A stretch of DNA of 64,000 nt from Felis catus (Eukaryota): assembly GCF_018350175.1 (NCBI RefSeq), contig NC_058368.1, forward strand, positions 100,814,001 to 100,878,000, in the 5' to 3' direction. Under the pieces are notes generated by a model that saw only the letters and a program-made list of their open reading frames with translations, ran no database searches and was not told the DNA's origin. Made by a program: the position numbers and the translations under genes. Within the stretch, counting starts at the first letter, position 1, and the number at the start of each line of letters is the position of its first letter. Positions 12,591 through 25,497 of the stretch are shown here, one piece after another.

Positions 12591-14234
12591 TTTTTTTAAA
12601 GCAAAGGGGACAGTAAGATTTACTCAGTAATGTGAGAAGAGAAATTATATGAGATGACAAATTAAAACTAACAAGGTAGATTTAAATACCTGAAGTAAGA
12701 TGCTTTGACTTATCAGTTTGCCCACGATGTCTTTTGTCCTGGTTAATTTGAAATATGCGGGGTCTTTGGAAAGAAAACACTTTGGTTTGTGGTTGATTTA
12801 GAGGTTTTTTGTTTTTTTTGTTTTTTTGTTTTTTTTTGCTGTTGCCCACATTTTTGAAATATGCAGTAATATAAATGTGGTCCAGTTACGTTTTTTTCCT
12901 ATGTTATTGTGTTATTATTATTTGTACTTTTAGTATAAATCCAGGAGTTAATCAATTCTTAATTTATTTGTGTGTGGTTTTAGGAATAATCCATAACAGT
13001 ACCTGCTAATTATTAAACATCTGCTAGGTTAAGTCACTGTGCTATTTTTCATTTTATTTCCAATCCACTAATATAGATCTCCTTTTCTTCCTTCTATATT
13101 TGGGGAATCTGTGGCTTACAGAAATTAATTTATCCAGGATCATACAGTGACAGAGCTAGTATTTGGATCCAAATTTGATTTGTTCCCAAGTGTATATTTT
13201 TAAGATAGATTATCTGTGTACTCTTCTCTTCAGCAAGTCCCCGTAAGAACATGGATTTATTTATTTCTTGATCCAAGAAGTTCTTTATTTGGGGTAATGA
13301 AAATAACTCTGGTTTACTGCTTTCTGGTTCACCCAGTGTATTAACACCAGCTTCATCTGTTCGAATAGTAAATACTAAAATAATATGAATATATCTCCAA
13401 TATCAAAATAGAGGATTTATTATTACATTCTCCCATCCTATCTGTCACCTTTTTTCAGGAGATTCTAATTACTCTCTTATGTTCATATTTCAGTTCTTAT
13501 TTCCATCCTCTTGTTCTTACTTTGCCAAACTCCTTGAAAGAAGTAGTGGATTTGGTTGACTTGGTCTCTTACCATCTTTTGGTCTAGTTTTTCATTTGGT
13601 CCTGCCTACTAGATGTGTGTGTGCGTGTGCGTTTCACACACACACACACACACACACTCATTTTCCCTGTTCATCTTGTGTAGGACTCTCTCTTTTGTTG
13701 TTGTTACACCTTTACTTTTTCATTGCTTTGCTTTTATTTGCTGTGGGTCATCTCTTCCACATTTTTACTTTCTGTAGTCTTACGGGGTTTTCTCATTTTA
13801 TTCTTTTCAATTTCTGGCCTATTTCCAACACTTAAATCTGCTTTTGATTTTTTTTTTTTTTTTGAAGTAGGGAAACTTACAATGTAAATATGATACCAGC
13901 CTTTTCCTATTAAATCTGTCTTCATAAAACTCTGTTAGAAACTTATTACAAGCTAGATTTAAAACCCAAATGGCTAGTGAAATAAATGCATCTTGTATGT
14001 AGTTTCTGTTTATTTATTCAGAGCTCTTCTAGTCACAGGAACTTGTTTTTGTTTTCAAGGAAGTGAACACAGAAATTTCTCTTATTATTGGCATCTTTAT
14101 TTGCATTATCTTAGCATATGAGAATGGCGTTTAAAATACTTTTTATTGTTTTCGGTATTACAGCACTTCAAGTATAATGAAAGTAATTCAGTGGTAACTC
14201 CCTCGCTTAATAGCATTATGTCGTTCACTTATAG

Positions 14235-14378
14235 GGTGTGTTTGACCATCGGATGAAGTGCTGGCAGAAATGGGAAGATGCCCAAATTACTTTGCTCAAA
14301 AAACGTGAAACTGAGGCAAAAATGATGGTGGCCAACAAACCAGATAAAATACAGCAAGCTAAAAATGAAATAAGAGAG
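14235..14378 (+). CDS. SNX2: SNX2 coding exon (144 nt; [48 protein letters not shown])
   Basis: ttatag|GGT ... GAG|gtgatt, phase 0/0. Confidence 0.98.
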
Positions 14379-15348
14379 GTGATTAATATAAAATGCTTTA
14401 TTTATCACTTCACTCAAATTTTCCGTGAGTCATTCATATATGCATAATTTTTCATAAATTTTTTTCTGAGCCATTCAACACTAGCCATTTCTCCATAATT
14501 TTATGAACTGTGTTAGAATTACTTTAATGTTTTGATCATCGTCAAAAATCTCCAGAGCCCTTTCTTACTGCCACACGATTATTATGGAATGGATAAAGAA
14601 GCGCACAAGGAAAAGATTTAAATTAACCTCTAATTAGTAATTACACATTTCTTTTGAGATGGTTCATTTAATTTCAGATAATTACTTATTTTATGTTTTA
14701 GAGCATAGACTTGCCCCATATTTAGCTTTCCAAGCAACATTATCCCCCATATATATGTACTATATATGGTATTTTAGTAAATTTGTATAAGTTTATTATA
14801 ATTTATACACTTCTTTTGCCATGCTTCAATAAGGAAATTGAAGAGGTAGGACAACCTTTATATTACTAAAAGTTAAATGTACCTGCTCTTTGAAGAGTAT
14901 GTACCACTGTTTTGGTTACATAGTGGGAAAATACCATTTCATTGCTTAAGTCTTCAGTTATTTTATTTTAGCTGTTCCATTGGTCACTGGTCACATGTTT
15001 TGTTGTTTCTGTACTGAATTTAATGTTGATGAGCAAGGTCTTCAGTAGACCATAATTCCACACTTTTTTTTTAAGCCGAACATTTTACTATTAAAAAATG
15101 TTTTTTAAATGTTTGTCGTACACTTTTCTTAATTTAAAGTATTTCCATGGGCATATAAATTGTGATGAACGTGTATTCTTGAACTTGGCAGAATATTTTT
15201 GATATAATATGGAATTATTAATGATATCAAAAAGAACACTGCTAAATTATTTCATAGTGAATTTTATACTCAATGTTTTCATCTTTCTTAGTCGTATAAT
15301 TAAGCTGTGGAGATTGTAATTGATTAAGTACTGAAATATCCTCATCAT

Positions 15349-15560
15349 GGGGTGCCTGGGTGGCTCAGGCGGTTGAGCGTCCAACTTCGGCTCAGGTCAC
15401 GATCTCGTGATTGATGAGTTCGAGCCCCGCGTCAGGCTCGTGTTGACAGCTCGGAGCCTGGAGCCTGCTTCAGGTTCTGTGTCTCCCTCTCTCTCTGCCT
15501 CTCCCCTGCTTATGCTCTGTCTCTCTCTGTCTCAAAAATAAATATAAACATTAAAAAAAT
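15349..15560 (+). mobile_element. Can-SINE
   Basis: Full-length head, body and tail. Degenerate TSD aatatcctcatc / aatatcgtcgtc. Confidence 0.92.
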
Positions 15561-15792
15561 TTTTTTTAATATCGTCGTCTTGAGTAAATGTGACAGTGAA
15601 ATATTAATGAAAATTAACCTCCTAGGCGTTTCTGCTGCTTAGAAGTTAGATGAAAGTTAGAATGATCCTGAATTGGGCTTTGCCAGTAGTGAGCTTCCTC
15701 AGGGTCTACAGACCTTACATTAAATGAGCTAGTTCTATAATATTTTCCTGACAAGAGTTATAAATTTGTGCTTTTTTGTTTGTTTTTATTAG

Positions 15793-15873
15793 TGGGAGGC
15801 AAAGGTACAACAAGGAGAAAGAGATTTTGAACAGATTTCTAAAACAATTCGAAAAGAAGTGGGAAGATTTGAG
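15793..15873 (+). CDS. SNX2: SNX2 coding exon (81 nt; WEAKVQQGERDFEQISKTIRKEVGRFE) ending at a GC donor
   Basis: tattag|TGG ... GAG|gcaagt. Protein continuity with the next exon requires this GC donor. Confidence 0.95.
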
Positions 15874-16001
15874 GCAAGTATAATAATTTTACACTTGTCC
15901 CAACAACGTGGTCTTTTTTTTTTTTTTTTTTTTTTGCTGTGATTTTGTAGTAAAATCGAATTGAGTTTTGTACTAATGGAGTTTTTCTTCATGTACTACA
16001 G

Positions 16002-16073
16002 AAAGAACGAGTGAAAGATTTTAAAACTGTTATTATCAAGTACTTAGAATCATTAGTACAAACACAACAACAG
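16002..16073 (+). CDS. SNX2: SNX2 coding exon (72 nt; KERVKDFKTVIIKYLESLVQTQQQ)
   Basis: Branch-point-like tactaat at 15971, then ctacag|AAA ... CAG|gtaagc. Confidence 0.97.
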
Positions 16074-17328
16074 GTAAGCTTGTTTTCTTTATGACTTATT
16101 TTATAACTTATAAATTCTCCTAGGACTTTGGTATACTTCTTCATTTTAAACACGTCAGTGAAAGGAGCTTTTATACTTACGGAAAATAAGAAATGGGGTA
16201 GAGAAAACGGATGACCACAGAGGAAATAATTACTGGTAGTTAAACTGGAAAGTCTCAGGTCCTTTTTGCCTCTGCTCTTGAACACCAGGCAAGATGCTTT
16301 TTTCCCACGTTAGGTGATGAGAAACTTGCTAGACAGTCTTTTCCCTTTTCTTGTCTTCCTAGTTTTAGTTCCCTAGTGATCACAGTGGTTTGAGTAAATT
16401 CTTACAGTGAGTTCTCTTCCATAACAGAACTTAAATGAAAAACTAGCTTATTTAAGGTTAGCAGGCAGGGGTGGGGTTGTGCTGTTTTGGTCTTTGTTTT
16501 ATTTTGTGTGTGGTTTGTGATGATTGTATGCCACAAAATTTGTCTCAACGAGAGAACAGAGAAGACCGTGGCTTTTAATTAAAGTCTCTAATAAGAAAAC
16601 AGTACAGGTTTTTTTTTTCTGTTTGCTCTATTACAAGTTTGAGTAATCAAATTATATGTAATGTTTTGAATAAAAGGATGTCTTCTTTCTCCCGTTTTAA
16701 AATAAATGTGGATAGAAACTTGATTATGTAATATAAAATAGATTAGTTTTTGATTAAGCAATGACATTATATGTTCAGATTACATTTAGTCTTTAAGTAC
16801 TTAGTTCACCAGGTTAGATTTTTTAAAAGAACAATTTACATGAACTTGTTTTTAAAGGAGTTGTTTTAAACATAACTTCAGTTTATACTTTGGTTAATTC
16901 TGTGGACTATTGAAGAAACACTGGCAGCTGATGCCTTCCAGTTTCAAGAGAGACTGCATGTGTCCCTTTCTTTCCTGCCTAGTGTTTTCTTTTCTTGCTC
17001 CTTTTTTTTCCACTGTTTTTGGCTACCAATAACATAAAATGTGAATACCCTCTGATTAGGATGTTATCCCTTCATATTGGAACAGTTCATTGCAGTTTTA
17101 TTATTTAAGGTAGTCTCATTTAATTTACAGTAACAATGTTTTTATATACAATTCCACATAAGCCAAAAAAATCTGAAGTTGTAAGGTATTTTAAAAACTA
17201 TATCGTTTACATCAAAAACTGAAATTAGCCAGTGGGAATTAACATTTAAAATAATTTACACACGAAATATGTTGACAGACTTCAGTTAGGGACATTTAAA
17301 TGATCCCATTTGGAAACAGGCTATAGTA

Positions 17329-17510
17329 GGGGCTCCTGGGTGGCTCAGCTGGTTAAGCACCCACCTTCAGCTCACAGTTTGTGAGTTTGAGCCCCGCGTC
17401 GGGCTCTGTGCTGACAGCTCAGAGCCTGGAGCCTGCTTTGGATTCTGTGTCTCCCTCTCTATTTCTCCCCGACTTGTGCTGTCTCTCAAAAAATAAACGT
17501 TAAAAAAAAA
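17329..17510 (+). mobile_element. Can-SINE with a small internal deletion
   Basis: ggggctcctgggtggctcag head. Reads cttcagctcacagttt, lacking the ggtcatgatct segment present in other copies. Confidence 0.88.
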
Positions 17511-17639
17511 GTTAGAACCAGACTTTAATAAATGTTAGTCATTGTTAGCTACTTACATATACATTTTTAAATGCGGTACGGAATATGTGCATATAAATGA
17601 CAAAAAGGTGATTAGAATATCTTTGGTTATGATCCACAG

Positions 17640-17690
17640 CTGATAAAATACTGGGAGGCATTCCTGCCTGAAGCCAAAGCCATTGCCTAG
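17640..17690 (+). CDS. SNX2: SNX2 last coding exon (LIKYWEAFLPEAKAIA-stop)
   Basis: ccacag|CTG ATA AAA TAC TGG...GCC TAG, followed immediately by TGA. Matches the recalled SNX2 C-terminus. Confidence 0.97.
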   Translation: MIKYWEAFLPEAKAIA

Positions 17691-18170
17691 TGAGAAGATT
17701 TCTGTTATGAAGATCTTGGATGTTTGTTCCGGTTACGCTGAATTCCACAGTGAAATCATTTAAAACCATCTAAATAAACCACTCTATATTTTATGAATTA
17801 CATGTGGTTTTTTATATATATATATAAATATATATATATACATATATATATACACACACATATATACTCTGCCATTTTATTACAAGCTGCATGTCCCGAC
17901 CCTCCTTGACTTAAGTGGACTGTGGCATGACATTCTGCAGTACTTTGCTGAATTGAACACTGTTGTGTCTTAAATACTTGCACTAAACAGTGCACTGCAA
18001 GGCCAGACAATTTTACATATTTTTTTCTTTACAATACATTCTGTAGTGTGTTTGCCCTCGTTATGAAGTGAATTATCAACGTGTTGATTAATGTTCACTT
18101 ATACATTCCTGTACAGAAATTATGATTTTGTGATTACAGTAATAAAATGCTATTCCTTGTGAAGTATTAG
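17691..18170 (+). other. SNX2: SNX2 3'UTR (end approximate) containing a (TA)n/(CA)n tract at about 17813-17865
   Basis: Follows the stop codon. AATAAA at 17773-17778 and 18141-18146. Confidence 0.75.
18141..18146 (+). terminator. Probable main polyadenylation signal of SNX2
   Basis: AATAAA about 450 nt after the stop, with T/GT-rich sequence downstream. Confidence 0.65.
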
Positions 18171-19769
18171 TAACAAATTATTTGGGTATATAAACATATT
18201 AGAGATCTTTTGAAAGCATTTTTAATGGGAAGAAATTTTTGCTTCTAGATATGCCTAGGTGATATGATCCATTAATTTCTTTTTAGTTGACAGAAAAGGC
18301 TGAACTCTTGTTAGAAATGACTAAATGAAGGTTAAGTTTTCTTCTGAAATCATCATAAACCAAAGAACATTTATCTTTTGATTCTACTCTGGAGAATGTT
18401 CTTGTCTCTAGCAAAGCAGAGAATGAATAATTGCTTTCGTGTTTTACTCCATCCCCATTACCAATGTCCAATTTAGGAATTAGGAAAAAAATGTATTTAC
18501 GTGCTTCTATTACAAGTCCTATGATTTCGCTCATCTTCAAAGTCCTAGACTTTGTGTCTTAGTTAACTGACTCCTTGCCTTTTCTTTGTTTTTCGTTTGA
18601 AACTAACGGTAAGGTCATCTGTGCTCGTAACGGACAAAGAATGGTACCACGCTAAAATCCCCTGTGATTTGGTGAATAACCATGAATAACATAAAGCAAA
18701 TTTGAAGTAAAATGAAATTTGTCTTTGTCAACCTTCTTACCTATTCTGTATCCTCTTGAGATGGCTGTTACATGCTCCTTGAGGCTGTCGAAAGTTCAAG
18801 TTATGACTGGCATCAGCGTTGTTTTCATTTTTTAACGTGTTCTTAAGATACCCCTCTTCTTAAGCTTACCACGTGCGTCTCCCAGAGGAGACAGATGTGG
18901 TACGTGTAACTGAGTCCTCTCTGGCAGTTTACTGGATACAGTTAATAGCTCAGAGTCTTCTCAGGATGTGTTTGCTTCCAGCTGTTTTAGCTGAAGTTTT
19001 AAGCCTACTGTAGGCATTACTGATTTTTATACTCCTAGAACTCAGAGGAGTACCTGATTCTTAATAGGTTAATAGGAAAGACTTGATCAATCGAACAGGA
19101 AAAAGAAGTCCTGGAAGATGCAAAAATAAGACACTCTCTTAAGAAGGAGAAACTAACGCAGAAACAGGACTTCTACTGTTGCTTCTGTTGGAGATCACTT
19201 AGAAACTTGTGCAAAATGAGCAGTTCGTAGTAGAGTGTATGAGATGCCATCTTCTGGTCCCATTAACCCTGAGCAAAATCTCGCCTTACTGGGAATAGTT
19301 TGGCTACAGTCATGTCTTGTTACTATGTCCATAGTCATATCACTTGCAGAGACACAGTTGACATTCAGGGTAATAACTCGGTGAGATCACCCATTCCACT
19401 GGGGTACACTCATTAGAGTATTCAGCACCTCTCAAAAGTAATAATTATTCTCAGTCTTATTCAAGCTGGAGGGAGTAACAGACCCAGTTCCTGTTCCAGA
19501 TTTCATTCCCCTCAATGGTCTTTACTAAAAGAGAAAGAGTCTTTTGGAAATTTCAAGTAAATTATATGAGCCTCTGGTAGCTACCAGCCTTTTTAATATC
19601 TTCACCTCTGAGCCCACCTCCACCTATAATCTTTGCGCCTCCTATTCATACTGCTGAAATAATTTCACTCCAAAGAAATACAATAGGAACATTAATAGTG
19701 CTAATAACGTTAGCCTTTTATACATCTGAACTTAATTTTTTTCCTTAAACCAGACAAATAAGGACTAAG

Positions 19770-19915
19770 TATAATACAGTGGATCAAGCTGAACCTGGAG
19801 TCAGCATACGTGTGTTCATTCTTCTATCACTTTGTAACTATGTGACTTTGGCCTTACCACATAAAATTCATCTATAAAACAAGGGTGTAAGACTGATTCC
19901 TGAAGTGCCTTTCCA
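19770..19915 (+). mobile_element. MIR-like fragment
   Basis: tggagtcagc...taactatgtgactttggc...tcatctataaaa motifs, highly diverged. Confidence 0.5.
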
Positions 19916-19934
19916 CTTTAAAATAGTTTGCTTA

Positions 19935-20090
19935 GGGGCCCCTGGATGGTTCAGTCGGCTAAGTGTCTGACTTCAGCTCAGGTCATGATCTCATGGTTCG
20001 TGAGTTCGAGCCCCGCGTCAGGCTGTCTGCTGTCAATACAGAGCTCACTTCGGATCCTCTGTCCCTGCCTCTGCCCTTCCCCTGCTCATA

Positions 20091-20140
<50 letters not shown>

Positions 20141-20160
20141 AATAAGCTTTCAAGAATAAA
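19935..20160 (+). mobile_element. Can-SINE with (CT)n
   Basis: ggggcccctggatggttcagtcgg head, long CT repeat, aaaaataa tail. Confidence 0.9.
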
Positions 20161-22155
20161 ATGTTTGCTTAAAATACCAAACTTCAATATAAATATTCTG
20201 TTAGAAAATTAAATTGTAATCAAAATCACCTTGTATAATGAAACAAGGCTAGAAATGTATGTAAAAATAGGATTTCTAAAACAAAAAGATGTTTTCCTGG
20301 TTGTATTTTTTGACAAGCTCTTTTCAACTATTTGGCTTTTTTATACATACATATATATTTATACTAGCGTCATAACACCCTTGTTTCAGTGTTCTTTAAA
20401 CTTTTTAATTTTATTATCCACATCTAGTAAAGTTTTACAAGTTCCTCGTGCAAGTTGTTTAATATGTGGTTTATAAATATAAATGAACCTCTTAACAAAG
20501 TCCTATTTCTCTAAAGGAATGAAATCAGATGAATAGAAAAGTAAGACAAAATGCTTCATATCTTGAGGTCTAAGGGGAATTAAAAAGACATTTTTCTGTC
20601 TGAAATAAAGCTCGTGATTTAGATAAAGCTACGGTGACTTCACTTTTCTTGTGGCTCCCTTTTTGAGCAGTCGCGATTAACAAAAGTCGAGGGGACAGCA
20701 GAATTTCAGTAACAGTTACTAGAGATGGGCTGAGCAAAAGTCCTCATGTCTTAAAGGATGGGAGCTTGCTCAAGGATCCTTTTCCCAAGGAAAGATAACA
20801 TCTGGGGAAAGGAAGTCCAGTCACTGGCTGGGGAACTTTGGAGGCATTTTCATATTCTGTTCGCTAGTCCGGAAATGTATATATTTCTCCATGTGACACA
20901 GTCACTGTTTCAAAGTATTGAGAAAAAGACTTTGAATAGAATCACCATCTCCTTCCTTATCCAGAATCCAGAGTCTAGTAAGTATCAAATGCTAACCCTC
21001 ACAGTGAAGGCTATGGTTTCAAGTGATAATGAAGATAGGTGGTTGGCCAGATGCAGAATTAGCAAGAAGAGAGGAATTTACAAGAGTGGTGTGAACAGTT
21101 GCTGCTTACTCTGCTTTTTACTCTCATTCCTGTGGAGGGAGTTCATGGTTCTCTGTGGATGAGGTCCTTAAGAGTTTAGACCAATAAACATGTAATGTGA
21201 GCCTCCTAAGTAATTTGAAGCTTTTTATAGCCAAATTTTAATGAATAAAAGAAACAGATAAAATTAATTTAAATGTATACCCAGTAGCTCATGTCAAAAT
21301 GTTATTTTAATGTGTAATCTAGTATATCAAGGATGATTGCAATCTTTTACGTTCTGTTTTTCATTCTAAACCTTTGCTATCCATTGTGTATTTTCCATTC
21401 TTACCACCTCTCCATTCACACTAGCCACACTGCAAGCGACTGGTTGTCACGGGTGGCTCGTGGCTATGATACTGGACATTGCAGGTTTGAACAACGCCTG
21501 TGGCAGGACAATCTAGGTACAAGACTTTGTAGCATGGTGCTTTGCAAGTAGTGGATACTATGTATCCACTGTGAATTAATTGTAGCGCTGTATTGCCAGA
21601 AGCCAACTTCAAGACTCTGGGACAACTTCTTCCTCTTCCTGATGAGCAGATCCAGAGCTTAAATCATTACGATTGAACTGATTTTTCCTGTTTTTCCTGT
21701 TAACCATCTGTGAACATTCTTCCTTGAAAACACGTGATGAGCTTTTCAAGATTCCGCTTCTAATCGTTAACGTATATAATTCTAGGAAGTCCTTTGGGAT
21801 CCAGAGAATTTATTTCTTCCAACTGTTAATTCAGAAGTGGCTATGAATAGAAGACTGTACAAAACAGGAAAGTTGCAGCTTGCAGTCTAGTCTTTTAACG
21901 TACGTGAAGAAATTAAAAATGGTCATCTTCCTTTCTTCTGTCACATACTTTTTAAAAAATTCTTTACGGATTAATTCAGAGTATTTTTTTTTTTAATTAA
22001 CTGGGTGAGATGGAAAGTTTGTAATTAAAGCCAGTTAAGGTGAAGCTGCCCACTTGTTAGTACACAGAAAATTATTTTTTTTTTAATTAAGGCCAATTAA
22101 TGGGATAAACTGCTCTAAGGGAGTACTTGGAGAAAGAGGAGGCTCTAAATTTTAA

Positions 22156-22158
<3 letters not shown>

Positions 22159-22202
<44 letters not shown>
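22159..22202. repeat. (TA)n microsatellite
   Basis: About 21 perfect TA units. Confidence 0.95.
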
Positions 22203-22205
<3 letters not shown>

Positions 22206-22599
22206 CTGTTTGATAAAAAAAACTAAAATCAAAATTTAAGAGAACTAAACAATAAATTGCCTTGTTGCTTCCATAGTCAAGTCTCGAGTTATCTCTTGAT
22301 TTTGATTTAACTTACATTTTCTAGATCTTTATTTCAAACATTTCCACTATGTATATGTGTGTGCAGATTTGTATGTGTACATAAATACATGTGTCCGTGC
22401 ATCACAGTGACGTTTCAAACTTCGTTTTCTAAATTTCAGCTAAAAATGTTGCCCAGCCTCTTGTAGTTGAGACGTAAAGCGAATGGTTTATACTTTCAGT
22501 TCCATTGCCTTAGGTACCGTTATTTTGCCAAAACAACTTGAGTTGAATCTGTTTCTGAATTGTATTCCCTTCTCATTTCTCCTGTTTTTCTCTCCCAGG

Positions 22600-24250
22600 G
22601 CCAGGATCTTGTGACCATGTACCAGAGCTATCTTAAGTCTCCTCTGAAATGCGCATTATTTCAGTCCCCCGATGTCAGCCCTCCAACCTGCTAAAATTAT
22701 CCTCCTAGAAAACAATTCTTACCACAGTACCATGCACAGAAATCCTCAATAGACTCCCTACAGACTACAGATAAAATTCCAAATTATCCAAAATCTGGCC
22801 TCACGCTACTTCCTGTCCCGATTTACCCCTTCCCTTTGCTGTAATCAAGTGCAGCCCCTGTCTTGTGAGCATGTTCTGAACCTTCCTGAGTCTGCTGTTG
22901 TTGTTACCTTGTCTGAGTTACCTTGTCCCCTTTACCCGCAATTGTTTATATCCTATCCTTTCTTTAAACTCTAAGGCCAAATTTAAAAGTCCACATCTTC
23001 CATATATCCTTTTTAGACTCTTAACCAGACGTAAGTAAGGAGCCTCTCTTGATCCTTCAGTAGGACTCTAATATTAAACACCTTGTGCCTTCCAAATTGT
23101 GCTTAGTGATGTCTGCATTGCGTGACAGTTGATAGTTGTCTGGTCTTAGTGCTCCGACCAGTCTCTGTGCCCCCTTGAGGAATGACTGTGCCCGTGTTAG
23201 TTCTTTTAGAGCCTAGTACGGTTCAGCCACAGGATGTGTATAGTTATGCATCCAGCCCACCAGTTTGAACCCTGACTCAAGAATCTATATCACTGACTTT
23301 AAGAATGGTATTTTTCAATAAAACTTAGTTTCCATATCTGTAAAATGGAAAGTAATAATTGTGCTTGTTCAGGTCATCTTTAAGGGGCTTAAGATAATTG
23401 ATGTGAATTTCTCAGCCATAGCAAGTGCTTAATAAATGTTGGCTATTATGTATCCACTAAGTGTTGACTGAACAATTAATACCTCCATCTGAGCAAAGAA
23501 TACCTGCCTTTGGGTTATTTCACCAGTATTTGAGCCTTCTTGAAAAAAAAAATAATTGGTATATGCTTGACCAGAGTCTAACTGGCCTTATCAGAAGGGT
23601 TTCCTCTCAGAACACTGCCTCTGAGATATGCTCTTGGAGCCCTGGGGCTGAGGGTCGGAGCTGGAGGAGGGTCATGCTTCTGGTTGAGATCAGCTTATAT
23701 CCAGCCAACCAGAGTGCGACACTGTCCCCCCTCAAAATGGGTCTTGTCAGGAAATGTACTAGAGACTCTTAAGCCTAGGACAAAGGGGAAAAGGGTGAGA
23801 TAGAAATGTGGCAGTTGCCCAGGGAGAAAAGTTTATTTCCACCCACAAGAACTTTGAAGATGCCATAGACCAAAGGAAGTAGTAAGCAATGAAGAAAAAA
23901 TAATGGAGAATAAAAAGATGGTGATAGCGGTTGATGGGGCCGCAGCAGTTGGCCAGCCAAGTGACAGGGAGGGTCTGACCACTCGGTGGAAGTAGAAAAG
24001 GAGATAGTTTACAGAAGTGGAAATAAAAGTGGGTAGGTTCCGTTCCATAAATACCTGTTCCGTCTCCACCACGTGCTTCAGGCCCTGAAGCAATGGATTA
24101 AGATCAGGGAGGTACAAGAAGGTTGCCCAGGATGATGACCAGGTTTCCAGCTTTAACCACTTACGAATACTGCTGCTCCGCTTAACCGTGATATTAAAAG
24201 GAGTGGAGGTTTGGGGAAGGATGAAAACGAGTCAGGACTAGATATTGCAT
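22600..24250. mobile_element. Ancient L2/MIR-derived fragments
   Basis: MIR core (agtttccatatctgtaaaatgg...aagtgcttaataaatg) at about 23270-23450. L2-like pyrimidine- and purine-biased flanks. Confidence 0.45.
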
Positions 24251-24811
24251 CATCACTTTAGAAACATGACCATGCTCTGTTCCTTAAAACCATGATTGTT
24301 CATGCAAGTAGCCTCGGAGAACAAACAGGAGGAGATGAGTTTGCCGGGGACACATCCAGGGTAAAGCTAATGTCTAAAGTGGAAATGGAAGTTCAGAAGT
24401 CAGGTAGATGGAAAAGAGCCTCAGAACGAAGTAGAGAGGCTCCTTCTGAACAAAAAGGAAAGGAAGGTGGCATGAATTTGGAAATAAAGACTGAAATTTT
24501 TTTCTTGATGTAACAGGAAGTTAAGCCATCAGGGAGTGATGTCAACAGGAAAGCCCAAGAAGATTGCAGGGCAAGGAAGAATGGTATGTGTTTAGACAAC
24601 TGGCCTACAGATGGGTAGGAACAGGAATTACAAATGAGCTTGGAAATCGTGAATTTGCAGTGAAGCCAAGCAGAGAGAATATCCATTTCTTCAGCCATGA
24701 GAAAGCAGGATCTAACACAGATCGTTGGGTTCATTCAGAACTAGTGATTGGTGGTGGGTGTGAGGGAAAGTCAAGGGGAAGGGGATTTTGGAATAAGTTT
24801 ATAAGACTACA

Positions 24812-25030
24812 GGGGCGCCTGGGTGGCTCCATCGGTTAAGCGTCCCACTCCGGCTCAGGTCACGATCTCACGGTTCACGGGTTTGAGCCCCGAGTCGGGC
24901 TCAGTGCTGACAGCTCAGAGCCTGGAGCCTGTTTCGGATTCCGTGTCTCCCTCTCTCTCTGTCCCTCCCCTGCTTGCGTTCTGTCTCTCAAAAATAAGCA
25001 TTAAAATAAATTTTTTTAATATAAAAGAAT
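24812..25030 (+). mobile_element. Can-SINE, CpG-rich, TSD aagactacag
   Basis: Near-consensus copy. aagactacag occurs on both flanks (about 24803 and 25033). Confidence 0.93.
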
Positions 25031-25347
25031 AAAAGACTACAGAGGCACAAACTGAGAGGCAGGTGAAGTGATGAGGTCAGAGGAGGAAACCTAAGTTTCC
25101 TGACATTAGTTGTTAGTATGTTGCCATTTAAAAAAAAAGAATACCATCAATATGCCAAAGAGCTGCCCAGGGCTCTTTAGTGGTGCGATTCAGGTTATTT
25201 CCTCAAATTTACCTTTCAGCTTGCCAACCTATTGAAAGCTTTTGCTTGTCAGTAGATAAAAATCAACTCCAGTCTTCTGATTTTTAAAGTAGTGTTTATC
25301 TCATCCAGTTATTACTTGCATACAGTTTGGAGACTAAACTAGTTTCA

Positions 25348-25447
25348 GGGAGCACCCAGCTGCCTCAGTTGCTGGTGCAGGCACCTCTTGATCTCAGGGT
25401 TGTGAGTTCGAGCCCCATGCTGGGTGTAGAGATTACTTCGAAACAAA

Positions 25448-25494
<47 letters not shown>
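25348..25494 (+). mobile_element. Short Can-SINE with (AT)n tail
   Basis: cctcttgatctcagggttgtgagttcgagccccatgctgggtgtagagattact, then (AT) x about 21. Confidence 0.8.

Positions 25495-25497
<3 letters not shown>

Noticed and set aside
6052..14306. Apparent SNX2 residue differences from human (LHAS, KRET)
   Set aside because: The comparison rests only on memory of the human protein and the changes are conservative. No claim is supportable without an alignment.
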